Source: Chlamydiae bacterium RIFCSPHIGHO2_12_FULL_49_11 (GTDB lineage Bacteria; Chlamydiota; Chlamydiia; Chlamydiales; 2-12-FULL-49-11). From it: a DNA stretch of 28,281 nt. A program made the position numbers and the translations under genes. The notes beneath the pieces were generated by a model. It did not search any database. It was given only the letters and a program-made list of their open reading frames with translations, and was not told the DNA's origin. This document shows, piece after piece, positions 1-7,838 of the stretch. The stretch spans positions 48,616 through 76,896 of the forward strand of contig MGLW01000020.1 in assembly GCA_001794905.1 (NCBI GenBank), read 5' to 3'. Positions within the stretch are counted from its first letter, which is position 1. Each line of letters opens with the position of its first letter.

Positions 1-401
1 TAGGCAAAATAAGCGCGGGAGCCGCAACCGTCCATCTTATAATCCCACCGGACCAGCGGAAGAGCAGCAACATGGCGAAAAATGTCAGAAACAGAACGAA
101 ACTCCCTTGTTTTTAATAGGTTGTGAAATTTTTCAGGGTGATGCCCGATATATTCTTGACGGAGGAAAATAAACCGTCTCCCTAGAATATTCTCTAACGA
201 CTCTTGTGCTGTCTCATTGACATAATAGGTGTTCAACAGTTGAAAGGCAGAGCGGAGCATTTCCTGAACCGTGACGGAAAAGGGAACAATCGGCTTTTTG
301 CGGATATCCATAACATACCGAGGGTCAAGCACTTCCTCCAAAATTGCCATCGCAGCAGGGACATGTTGAAAAGTAAACGAAGCGGCAGAAAACGGTTCCA
401 T
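1..401 (-). CDS. Protein-glutaminase-like (papain-fold) protein, 5' part; runs off the window edge
   Basis: Manually translated open frame from ATG 401 (alternative ATG 419) to position 1: MEPFSAASFTFQHVPAAMAILEEVLDPRY...DIFRHVAALPLVRWDYKMDGCGSRAYFA. The W-x-Y-x-x-DGC-x-x-R motif matches 20345..21277 (VAKLPIHWNYGYDGCFTRS). Not in the ORF track because it has no stop in the window. Confidence 0.7.
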   Translation of the reverse strand, partial: MEPFSAASFTFQHVPAAMAILEEVLDPRYVMDIRKKPIVPFSVTVQEMLRSAFQLLNTYYVNETAQESLENILGRRFIFLRQEYIGHHPEKFHNLLKTREFRSVSDIFRHVAALPLVRWDYKMDGCGSRAYFA

Positions 402-410
402 AATAGAACA

Positions 411-439
411 ATTATACATTATCTTTTAATTATTATCAA
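411..439 (-). promoter_or_regulatory. Sigma66/sigma70-type promoter TTGATA-N17-TATAAT
   Basis: -35 at 439-434 overlaps the ftsI stop; -10 at 416-411; ATG follows after 9 nt; no SD. Confidence 0.65.
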
Positions 440-2418
440 TGATTCCATTCATCGTAGAGTTTTGTAAGCTCTTTCACCTCAGGATACCAGTCTGCTTTTT
501 GGGGATCGAAACGGGGGTCTTGAGAAGGCCTTCCGTAGGGGTCATCGCGCATAACACCCAGATATTCGAGTGCATCCGTCGCGATAGCACGGAAAGTTTC
601 GGCAGGCCGTTTCCCTCCGAAATGGTTCATCCCATACCCCTCAATCCACTTCTTTTCAGGTTCATCGAGGCACACATAAATCACAAAGCGGGGCTTTTTT
701 GCCGGAATGATCCCGACAAAACTGCTGAAATGGACGCTTTTCGAATATTGCCCGTCTACGATCTTTTCCGAAGTGCCCGTTTTTCCCGCTTCAGTATACC
801 CAAACACGTCGGCAAGATGAGCCGAGCCTCCTGGCTTGGTGGAATACTTCATCGCTTCAAGAATGCTCCTGCAAATCTTTTTACTGAGAACTTTCGTTTT
901 TGGCCTTTCTCTGAAAAACACCTCTTCTTCCCCCGCTTCCGTATGGCGCACGATTTTTTTTACCAGGGTCGGGGTGACAAGGTATCCTCCATTCGCAATG
1001 ACACTGAAAGCGCGTGCCATTTGAAGAGAATTGGTCATTAAATTATACCCCATCGCGAGAGAGTAGGGCGTAGGGAGCGACCATTCCATGAGACCGGAGG
1101 GTAAAATTTTTCCCGGCGTCGGCACGTACCCCTTATTTTCTCCCGAAAGTTCCACTTGGGTCGGGGTGCCGAAACCAAATACCATCTCCAGCTGATTGCG
1201 AAGCCATGAAATGGCCATTGTTTTGATCACAAGTTCTGTCACTTTGGCCGGATACACATTGGACGACTTTTGGATCGCCATTTTCATATTCAAATATTTG
1301 TGGTTGCGCACATCTTTCACCGGAATGGCCCTGCCTGCAAACATGACCGGCATTGTTTCCATCTTTGCTTCGGGGTCAAAGACGGGCGAGAGATGCTTTT
1401 CTCTCCGCACTTCGTTGGCTTTTAAAGCAAGAGCAAGCATGAGTGGTTTCATGGGGGAGCCCGGCTCAAAACAGTCGGTGATGCACTTGGGTTTTGTATC
1501 GGCCGTTTTCGCGGCATCGTTGTAATATTCGTTATAATTTTCGGGATTGAAAAACGGGTATTGGGCAGTTGCAAGAATATGCCCCGTATGGGGATCCATC
1601 ACCACACACCACCCTCCTTTCGCCCTTGCCCGTTTCACCCCTTTTTCCAATTCCCGCTCGGCAATTGCTTGCAAGGTATGATTGACGGTGAGATAAATGT
1701 CACATCCCGCAACGGGCGGAGAATCTTCCGTGTCGGCTTCCATTTTATAATGGGGGGAGCGGAGCAGAGTACGCTTGCCGTCTTTCCCGGAAAGGACCGT
1801 GTTGAAATATTGTTCCAATCCGCCGGTCGGAATGGAAGCGAACGTGTGGGGATCACGATCGAGACGCACGGTGTGAAGCACCTGGCCAAGAAGTGAGCCG
1901 AACGGATAAAGGCGCCGAAAATCTTTTTGGAAATAGACGACCGTTTTGGGAATATTGTGCTTTCGGGCATATTCGTTCCACCACGATTCAATCTTATCGG
2001 CCTCTGCATGAGAAAGGAAGGCGGCGACTTTTCGCGAACGGGAGCGGAGAAAAAAATCTTTGCGGAAATCGGCGGCGTGCGGATCACGCCCGAGAAAACC
2101 GGCAAGCGCTCCGATGATTTCGTCCTTGAAACCGGTCGGCATGAGTTTAGGGTCAATGTAGAGGTGGTATTTCATCACATCGACGACAAAAGGGACCTTC
2201 TCATGCGGCTGGCCATATTTGATTTCCGTATTCGAGTAAAACACTCCCCTTTTATGCGGTAGGGCAAGGGTAAGGTAATGCTGCTTTTTCGCTAGGCTCG
2301 ACCACTTCTCTTCTTCACCGACCTGGATGATGAAAAACCGGACAAGGAGAGAGGCAAACAAAAGCAAAAGCACAAATATCAGAGCAAAATCACGATCGAT
2401 TCCGACACGCTTCCACAT
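436..2418 (-). CDS. ftsI: Penicillin-binding protein 3 / peptidoglycan transpeptidase FtsI
   Basis: N-terminal TM helix, RG-x-F dimerisation-domain motif, GLE motif, SxxK (EPGSPMK), SxN (SSN), KTGT; located downstream of mraZ-rsmH-ftsL. Confidence 0.93.
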   Translation of the reverse strand: MWKRVGIDRDFALIFVLLLLFASLLVRFFIIQVGEEEKWSSLAKKQHYLTLALPHKRGVFYSNTEIKYGQPHEKVPFVVDVMKYHLYIDPKLMPTGFKDEIIGALAGFLGRDPHAADFRKDFFLRSRSRKVAAFLSHAEADKIESWWNEYARKHNIPKTVVYFQKDFRRLYPFGSLLGQVLHTVRLDRDPHTFASIPTGGLEQYFNTVLSGKDGKRTLLRSPHYKMEADTEDSPPVAGCDIYLTVNHTLQAIAERELEKGVKRARAKGGWCVVMDPHTGHILATAQYPFFNPENYNEYYNDAAKTADTKPKCITDCFEPGSPMKPLMLALALKANEVRREKHLSPVFDPEAKMETMPVMFAGRAIPVKDVRNHKYLNMKMAIQKSSNVYPAKVTELVIKTMAISWLRNQLEMVFGFGTPTQVELSGENKGYVPTPGKILPSGLMEWSLPTPYSLAMGYNLMTNSLQMARAFSVIANGGYLVTPTLVKKIVRHTEAGEEEVFFRERPKTKVLSKKICRSILEAMKYSTKPGGSAHLADVFGYTEAGKTGTSEKIVDGQYSKSVHFSSFVGIIPAKKPRFVIYVCLDEPEKKWIEGYGMNHFGGKRPAETFRAIATDALEYLGVMRDDPYGRPSQDPRFDPQKADWYPEVKELTKLYDEWNH

Positions 2419-2453
2419 GCTTCCATTTTACATCATTTGACAAAAAGAGAGAT

Positions 2454-3470
2454 TCAAATATTTGAGAATGTGCGCATCGTAAACTCCACGCACGGATATT
2501 TCAGGCTGCCGCTATAATGAAGCCATATCCGAAAAAATGTGAAGAGCTTTTCTTTCTCCGATTTTGTTCCCAAAAGAAACAGGCCGAAATTGCAATCGAA
2601 AAAATACAATTTTTCTCCGATCACAATCACTCCTGTAATGTGCGCGCCTTCGGGATATTCCAATCTCAGGGTATGACACCCTTCCTTCAACTGAGCAAGA
2701 TGCTCGATGAGCGGCCCAATCTCCCAATTGCCGCCCTGTAATATCCGGCTTTGATGTTCGATCGGATACCAAGCATCCAAGAGATAAAATTTTTCATGGC
2801 CGCATCGAAATTGGGTATCGAAATTGGCTGCACGTTGGGCAAACATTTGTGCAGAGACAAGTTGGAAAATGGCCATATCTTCGGGAAGACCCCGGCGGAA
2901 AAATAAGACCGTTTTTCGCAATAGATTGCTTTTTTCCTCTCTTGCCTCCGCGGGAAAAAGAGAAGATAGAGAGGAATAGATCGATAATAACCCATGGGTA
3001 AAAATGAGACATACTCCTCGAGTTTTATAGCTGATATCGTAATGAACTCCAAAAAGGATTTCATGATTTGTGCGGACAAGAAGCGGAGAGCGAATCTTCT
3101 GGATCATGAGCCGAAGGATTGCAGCATCGACTTTTTCCCGGCTCGAGGAGGGTGGAGCTTTTGCGCTGCTCCTTGGCCCGTCCTTGAAAAGTGCCGAGTG
3201 CACCTTGCGGGGCAGCGCAAAAACGAGGGCGCCGGAGAGCACCGACCTCTTCTTTTGACGAAAGAAGCGACTTTCCAATGCCTCATCGGTTTCACCTGAA
3301 CGGGCGCAAATTTCAGATAAATAGCGGTTTATGACATTCCCGAATTCGGTCATCGAAGACTGTAAGAGTTCTCGAGGAGCCTTGCCCCCAAAATTTGTAA
3401 GGGACAGAAGACAAACGGTTTCCCGTATCTCCGAGACATCTGCATTGGATCCGACCCTGACATTATACAT
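2454..3470 (-). CDS. YopT/AvrPphB-like (peptidase C58) cysteine protease, candidate secreted effector
   Basis: Ordered motifs RGVCLIF (Cys), GAHITG (His) and YFFDCNFGLF (Asp; compare C58 FFDPNFGEF), preceded by an unrecognised N-terminal region. Confidence 0.65.
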   Translation of the reverse strand: MYNVRVGSNADVSEIRETVCLLSLTNFGGKAPRELLQSSMTEFGNVINRYLSEICARSGETDEALESRFFRQKKRSVLSGALVFALPRKVHSALFKDGPRSSAKAPPSSSREKVDAAILRLMIQKIRSPLLVRTNHEILFGVHYDISYKTRGVCLIFTHGLLSIYSSLSSLFPAEAREEKSNLLRKTVLFFRRGLPEDMAIFQLVSAQMFAQRAANFDTQFRCGHEKFYLLDAWYPIEHQSRILQGGNWEIGPLIEHLAQLKEGCHTLRLEYPEGAHITGVIVIGEKLYFFDCNFGLFLLGTKSEKEKLFTFFRIWLHYSGSLKYPCVEFTMRTFSNI

Positions 3471-3479
3471 AATTATTAT

Positions 3480-3508
3480 ATTATAACATAATAATTATTA
3501 ATAATAAA
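3480..3508 (-). promoter_or_regulatory. Extended -10 promoter (TGn-TATAAT) in a very AT-rich tract
   Basis: TTTATT-N17-TATAAT with TGn; ATG follows the -10 after 9 nt. Confidence 0.55.
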
Positions 3509-3590
3509 CACGGAAGTACTGCTCACATCGCTATGAGTCTATGCCTGTACGGCCTGATTCGATATCGAAATTTCGCAGAAGCTTTGAACC

Positions 3591-3941
3591 CTATCGAGTG
3601 ATGTTGCCAAGGAGGGTTTGAATGGCCGGTTTTGCTTTGGGCAAAGAAGGATTGTCCGGGAGAGAAAAAACCAAAATCTGGCTCAGGACAGGCTGCACAA
3701 GATGCATGTATTCCGAGCGGACCCACATCTGCATGAGGTATGCCGGATTCTCAAAATGGGAAAGCTCGTAGGCAAATTTCGATTCCAGGATGGCAAGTTC
3801 CTTGATTTCTTTTTCGAGAGCTTCGGCACGGATACGCCCCGTCAAAATGCGGTTTTGGAGAGAGATATAAAAATAGGAAAAACCCACGAGAAGGAGGCAA
3901 GAAAAGAGAGCAAAGAGGCCGGGACCTAGGTGCTTTTTCAT
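3591..3941 (-). CDS. ftsL: Cell division protein FtsL (CT271-like)
   Basis: Short bitopic protein with a TM helix, a coiled coil and FENPAYLM...EYMHL; ATGA overlap with the rsmH stop; canonical position in the cluster. Confidence 0.75.
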   Translation of the reverse strand: MKKHLGPGLFALFSCLLLVGFSYFYISLQNRILTGRIRAEALEKEIKELAILESKFAYELSHFENPAYLMQMWVRSEYMHLVQPVLSQILVFSLPDNPSLPKAKPAIQTLLGNITR

Positions 3942-4863
3942 ACCTTTTCAATGATCCTGAGTTTTGCGCTGCGCGATCTCCTGTTTCGGCGAATTTCACG
4001 GCGGGAGGGAACGATGGGCTTTTTCGTGATAAGTCGCATGGCAGCATCTTTGACCCGATTTCCCTGAAGATCGCGGATCGGAGACGAAATTTCGCGAAAG
4101 ACGTTTTTGACGATGCGATCTTCCAAGCTATGGAATGTGATCACCGCCATACGCCCTTTGGAAGACAGCCTTTCGGCCGCGGCGCGCAGTGTGGCGTCGA
4201 TGTGGTCGAGCTCTTTATTGACGAAGATACGGAGCGCCTGGAACACTTTGGTCGCAGGATGGATTTTTCCCCGTCTCGGAAAGACCTTTTCCAAGGTTTC
4301 TTTCAATTCAAACGTCGTTTCGATCGGCTTCTTGCGGCGGGCATCGACGATCGCTTTCGCCCCCCTTTGCCAAAGCGTTTCTTCCCCGAAATGACGGAAA
4401 ATATTTCCGAGTTCGGTTTCGGTAAAACGGTTGACCACCTCTTTGGCAGAAACCATATCTTGGACATTCATCCGCATATCGAGCGGCCCGTCCTTCTGAA
4501 AACTAAAGCCACGGCTACCTTCATCAAATTGCATCGACGACACTCCTAAGTCAAAAAAAAACCTTGCACTGTTCCCACTCCCAGCCGATCTAAAAATACG
4601 GCGAGATCCTTGTGCTCTCCATGACATGTCCGGAGCTTTTCACGGTGCTCTGTGAGAGACTCCCGAGCCAGTTCCAGCGCCATTTCATCCCTGTCACAAC
4701 CGACATAAAGCTTTAATTCTGGATGGTCTTCCAGAATGAGCTTTGCATGGCCGCCCATCCCGAGCGTGCCGTCAAAAAAAGCGGTCATTTTGACCTCATG
4801 AAAGGCCTCCACCACTTCTTCCCCCATCACGGGGATATGAACTAGATTTGAATCTTCTTCCAT
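3938..4863 (-). CDS. rsmH: 16S rRNA m4C1402 methyltransferase RsmH/MraW, split by a frameshift at a T9 run (4553-4561)
   Basis: The N-part (4546..4863) has HIPV, DGTLGMGGH and GCDRD. The C-part (frame ending at 3938) has DLGVSSMQ, GFSF, PLDMRM, HPATKVFQALRI, ITFHSLEDRIVK and RSRSAKLR. One extra T gives QGFFFDLGVSS. This could be a pseudogene, a recoded gene or a sequencing error. Confidence 0.9.
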
Positions 4864-5375
4864 TCTCCCGCTGCCTCCGGTACTACTCCATTTGTCTCTT
4901 CCGAAAGGAGAGAAAACGCTTCCTGCATGAGCTCCTGCATTTCACTCGTCCCCTCGTTCGAACCCAAGTAACTTTCCAATTGCGCCGCATACGTTTTCTT
5001 CGGCCAAATTTCGATTTTGCTGAGCGCCCCTGCAAGGGTGATTTCCGACTCGATTTGCGCCGCCTCTTTCAACACGGCGGGAATCATGACGCGGCCTATT
5101 TTATCGCAGGTCGTGTGGAAAAGGGTGGAAAAGAAGAGGGTAAAAAACTTCTGAAACTTCGCAACATGTTGCCGTTTGCGGAACTCTTCCACAATCCGAG
5201 CCATGTCACCCGTCTTATAAATCGTCAAACACCCGTTCATTCCGAGAGCAATCACAAATTCGAGTCTTCCATCATCAACTAGTTGATAACGAAGTTCTTG
5301 TGGTAGAACAAAGCGATTTTTCTCATCGACTTTTGCATGATATGAACCGCTGAAGTACGAATCTGTCATCGTCAT
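4842..5375 (-). CDS. mraZ: Division/cell-wall cluster transcriptional repressor MraZ
   Basis: FSGSYHAKVDEKNRFVLP and CDKIGRVMIP...KIEIW (two AbrB-like repeats); first gene of the cluster. Start taken at ATG 5375 (5369 also possible). Confidence 0.9.
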   Translation of the reverse strand: MTMTDSYFSGSYHAKVDEKNRFVLPQELRYQLVDDGRLEFVIALGMNGCLTIYKTGDMARIVEEFRKRQHVAKFQKFFTLFFSTLFHTTCDKIGRVMIPAVLKEAAQIESEITLAGALSKIEIWPKKTYAAQLESYLGSNEGTSEMQELMQEAFSLLSEETNGVVPEAAGEWKKIQI

Positions 5376-5424
5376 TTTTTCCACTTTTTTCCACATAGTA
5401 ACCAATTCTTTCAAATCACAGCAA
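5376..5424 (-). promoter_or_regulatory. mraZ promoter with MraZ boxes
   Basis: TTGCTG-N18-TACTAT (5424-5395) immediately followed by GTGGAAAAAA-GTGGAAAAAA (GTGG with 10-bp period), as in known MraZ operators. Confidence 0.7.
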
Positions 5425-5434
5425 TAATTTTCAT

Positions 5435-5454
5435 AAAAAAAACCGAAAGGCTTC
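5435..5454 (-). terminator. Probable intrinsic terminator downstream of the kinase gene
   Basis: Minus strand AAGCC-TTTC-GGTTT followed by a T run; short stem with G-U pairs. Confidence 0.45.
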
Positions 5455-5496
5455 TCTAACTAGCGCACGTTGAAGGAATAATCAAATCGAGTTTTA

Positions 5497-5511
5497 GTGG
5501 GAATTTGTGGA
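5497..5511 (+). promoter_or_regulatory. Second, oppositely oriented pair of MraZ-like boxes
   Basis: GTGGGAATTT-GTGGA: GTGG repeated with 10-bp period on the plus strand. Confidence 0.45.
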
Positions 5512-5582
5512 ATCAAATATTATGGACCCGTCTGTCGCTCTTAAAAAGCCATGAAACCCGTTTCCCGCATATTGCCTGTTAT

Positions 5583-6725
5583 TTACCGCAAGAATGGAAG
5601 ACGGTCAAGCATGAGACGTCTTTGTTGACGGACTTGCAATAGACATTGCAAAAGCCCCGCAATGGCCCTGGAACACTTCGTCCGGACCTCAAGGTTGACC
5701 TCTTGTTGAGAAAGGACCGCAAGCCGGCTATAAAGCGCTTCATTTGTTTTTGCATTGCACCAGGAAGGGACCCTTTCTCCCCACAATTTAAAGACCACAA
5801 GACCGGTTGACCAAATATCGCTCTTTTTTCCCACAAGATGCCGGACAGGTTTGTTTTTCCGGCATCTTCGCACGATGTGCGGATCAAACATATAGGGGCT
5901 GCCGACAAATTCCGATGGGGTGTTTTCCAGGAGTTCCCCCTCTTCGATGGCATAACCGAAATCGATGAGGAGAAGTCTATATATACTGTGCGCATGGTCC
6001 CATTTTACCACACAATTTCTGGGTTTGATATCGCGATGGATAATTCCGTACCGGTGCAGGGTGCACACACCTTGCAAGAGATCCCGAGTCATCTGCCACA
6101 AATGCCGTATCCGCTCCCCCGAAGACATCATAACCCATACTCTACTCTTAAAAAGGCGCCCTATCGACATATCTCCCCCCTCCTGGAGAAGCGTCATGCA
6201 CAAAACACCTTGCTCGGTCATAAAAATATCACCGGCCATGGTTTCTACCACCCCGCTCCAAGGAGCGGGGTCTTCACGACGGTATTTTTCCATTTTATTG
6301 ACGAGCCCTACTTCCCGCAAAGTCGACCTGATTGTTTGCGTGTAGTTGGGGCGGTTGGGAGCCACGGTCATGACACTATAGAAAAAAAGCCGGCCTTGAA
6401 TCATCTCGAAAAAGTAGTTTCCAATTTTATAAGATCCCATAAACAGAGGATCCTCCGGACGAGAAATCAAAAGCCCCGTATACACGGAACCGGCAGCTTT
6501 GATTACAACAAATTTTCTGCCACCACGAAAGCATATAGCGACTGTTTTACATTGTTCGGAGAGCAGTAAAAGGCACTCGCATACCTTTTTCTTCGAAAGA
6601 TTTTCGACCCGTTTTACATCCTCTTCGAGATCGACAAGCCCCCACGTGGAAAGCCGGGCTTCGATCTCGGGCAAAACCGATTCTCGAAAATGACGAAACG
6701 CCTGTGGATATTCTTTTATTGACAT
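5583..6725 (-). CDS. Eukaryote-like Ser/Thr protein kinase (atypical N-lobe), candidate effector
   Basis: IIHRDIKPRN, LIDFG, VGSPYMFDP and KSDIWSTG motifs; no TM segment or PASTA domain. Start taken at ATG 6725. Confidence 0.82.
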   Translation of the reverse strand: MSIKEYPQAFRHFRESVLPEIEARLSTWGLVDLEEDVKRVENLSKKKVCECLLLLSEQCKTVAICFRGGRKFVVIKAAGSVYTGLLISRPEDPLFMGSYKIGNYFFEMIQGRLFFYSVMTVAPNRPNYTQTIRSTLREVGLVNKMEKYRREDPAPWSGVVETMAGDIFMTEQGVLCMTLLQEGGDMSIGRLFKSRVWVMMSSGERIRHLWQMTRDLLQGVCTLHRYGIIHRDIKPRNCVVKWDHAHSIYRLLLIDFGYAIEEGELLENTPSEFVGSPYMFDPHIVRRCRKNKPVRHLVGKKSDIWSTGLVVFKLWGERVPSWCNAKTNEALYSRLAVLSQQEVNLEVRTKCSRAIAGLLQCLLQVRQQRRLMLDRLPFLR

Positions 6726-6734
6726 CGGCACAAA

Positions 6735-6763
6735 ATGGTATCATTCACAATACTTTAACACAA
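6735..6763 (-). promoter_or_regulatory. Promoter TTGTGT-N17-TACCAT with TGn
   Basis: ATG 6725 follows the -10 after 9 nt; no SD. Confidence 0.45.
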
Positions 6764-6802
6764 TCCCTTTTCTTTTACTCCCATTTGGTGTAATTAGCAA
6801 TT

Positions 6803-7291
6803 ATGAACATGCCCATCAATGACCCCATCACCCCGGGAGCACAAAAAACGACGATCGACAACCTCGACGTCGCAAACTATCTCGATTATGAAAGGGCGCG
6901 CACTGAACTCGAGGGTCTTTCCGGCTACTTTGGCGTGTCCCTTTCGGCAACGAATCTCAGTTTTGACGCAAAACAATCTTCCCCCTCCCAAATCGAACTC
7001 CTTTTTTCCCTGTTTCGCCTTACCCCCCTCTGGTCTCTTCTCTCTCCACCTCCCTCCTCCCTGGCTTCCACTTCAGTTTTCGCCTCCACTTTCTCGACCG
7101 CTTTTCCGAGCACCGAACTCATCGAAACCCTGATCGGCCGCATCGAAGGAATCCTTGCCGGAGACAAGATAGAACAGCAGGCCTCCCGTGAGGAAGGGGA
7201 GCGTCTACTTCACTGTTTACAACTTATCCTTAATTATCATAAAATATTCCTCGACACGATAAGTGAAAGATCACGATACAGTAAAGGATAA
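6803..7291 (+). CDS. Conserved chlamydial hypothetical protein (CT273/DUF5399-like)
   Basis: TIDNL near the N-terminus, a W-x-x-x-x-PP motif and C-terminal R-x-x-Y-x-KG; located between rsmH and the TPR gene/dnaA as in Chlamydia. Confidence 0.6.
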   Translation: MNMPINDPITPGAQKTTIDNLDVANYLDYERARTELEGLSGYFGVSLSATNLSFDAKQSSPSQIELLFSLFRLTPLWSLLSPPPSSLASTSVFASTFSTAFPSTELIETLIGRIEGILAGDKIEQQASREEGERLLHCLQLILNYHKIFLDTISERSRYSKG

Positions 7292-7292
7292 C

Positions 7293-7685
7293 ATGGATTG
7301 GAAAACGGTATTGGGCTTTCGGGAAGACCAGATTGCCGACCTAAGGTCGATCGGGTATGCTTACGCAAAAGAAGGCCTTTACGAAACGGCAAAAAAAGTC
7401 TTCGAAGCTCTCACCATCCTTGTCAAAACTGAAGTGTACGATTTTCAAACCCTCGGCGCCATCTATCTCGAAATGGGCAACCATCTCAAAGCCCTGGAAA
7501 CATTGGATAAGGCGCTCGACCTCGATCCGAGCCACGGCCCCACACAGCTATGCAAAGCCAAAGCGATGCTCCTCCTCGGCTACAAAAACGAGGCTCGGCG
7601 TATCATCAGCCTTCTCACCACATCCTCTGATCCCTCAGTAAAAGGGCAATCTCTCGCCCTCCTCCAAACCTACTTTGGCGGCTAG
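7293..7685 (+). CDS. TPR protein, SycD/LcrH-like type III secretion chaperone (CT274-like)
   Basis: MDWKTVLG...LRSIGYAYAKEGLYETA...YDFQTLGAIYLEMG TPR pattern; SD AAAGGA before ATG 7293; immediately upstream of dnaA. Confidence 0.78.
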   Translation: MDWKTVLGFREDQIADLRSIGYAYAKEGLYETAKKVFEALTILVKTEVYDFQTLGAIYLEMGNHLKALETLDKALDLDPSHGPTQLCKAKAMLLLGYKNEARRIISLLTTSSDPSVKGQSLALLQTYFGG

Positions 7686-7736
7686 TGTTGTGAACTAGCT
7701 TACCGTAAAACGGTTATCCGAAACAAAAAAAAGTCC

Positions 7737-7816
7737 TTGCCCGAATCGAAAAACCTGTGGTACATTTTGCACGTAAAATCCACTTTTAGAGTACTTTGTG
7801 GAAAAATTGTTCATAA
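7737..7816 (+). promoter_or_regulatory. dnaA promoter with DnaA boxes in the leader
   Basis: TTGCCC-N18-TACATT with TGn and an upstream A-tract. TGTGGAAAA at 7797-7805 is a TTWTNCACA match on the minus strand; TGTTCATAA at 7808-7816 has one mismatch. Confidence 0.6.
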
Positions 7817-7838
7817 CTTTCGAAGGACGGGAATATCT

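Noticed and set aside
204-467. 87-aa plus-strand ORF
   Set aside because: It is antisense to the better-supported glutaminase-like frame and overlaps that gene's promoter.
4562-4627. N-terminus MSWRAQGSRR... of the 229-aa ORF as an independent gene start
   Set aside because: It is the alternative frame overlapping the real rsmH N-half; RsmH similarity in this frame starts only at FFFDLGVSS.
7681-7699. GCTAGT-N7-ACTAGC hairpin at the TPR gene stop
   Set aside because: A 6-bp stem with no U-tract is too weak to call a terminator.
7686-7838. oriC next to dnaA
   Set aside because: Only one consensus and one near-consensus box, no clear AT-rich unwinding element, and by eye the plus strand stays C-rich on both sides. 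A cumulative GC-skew plot would be decisive.
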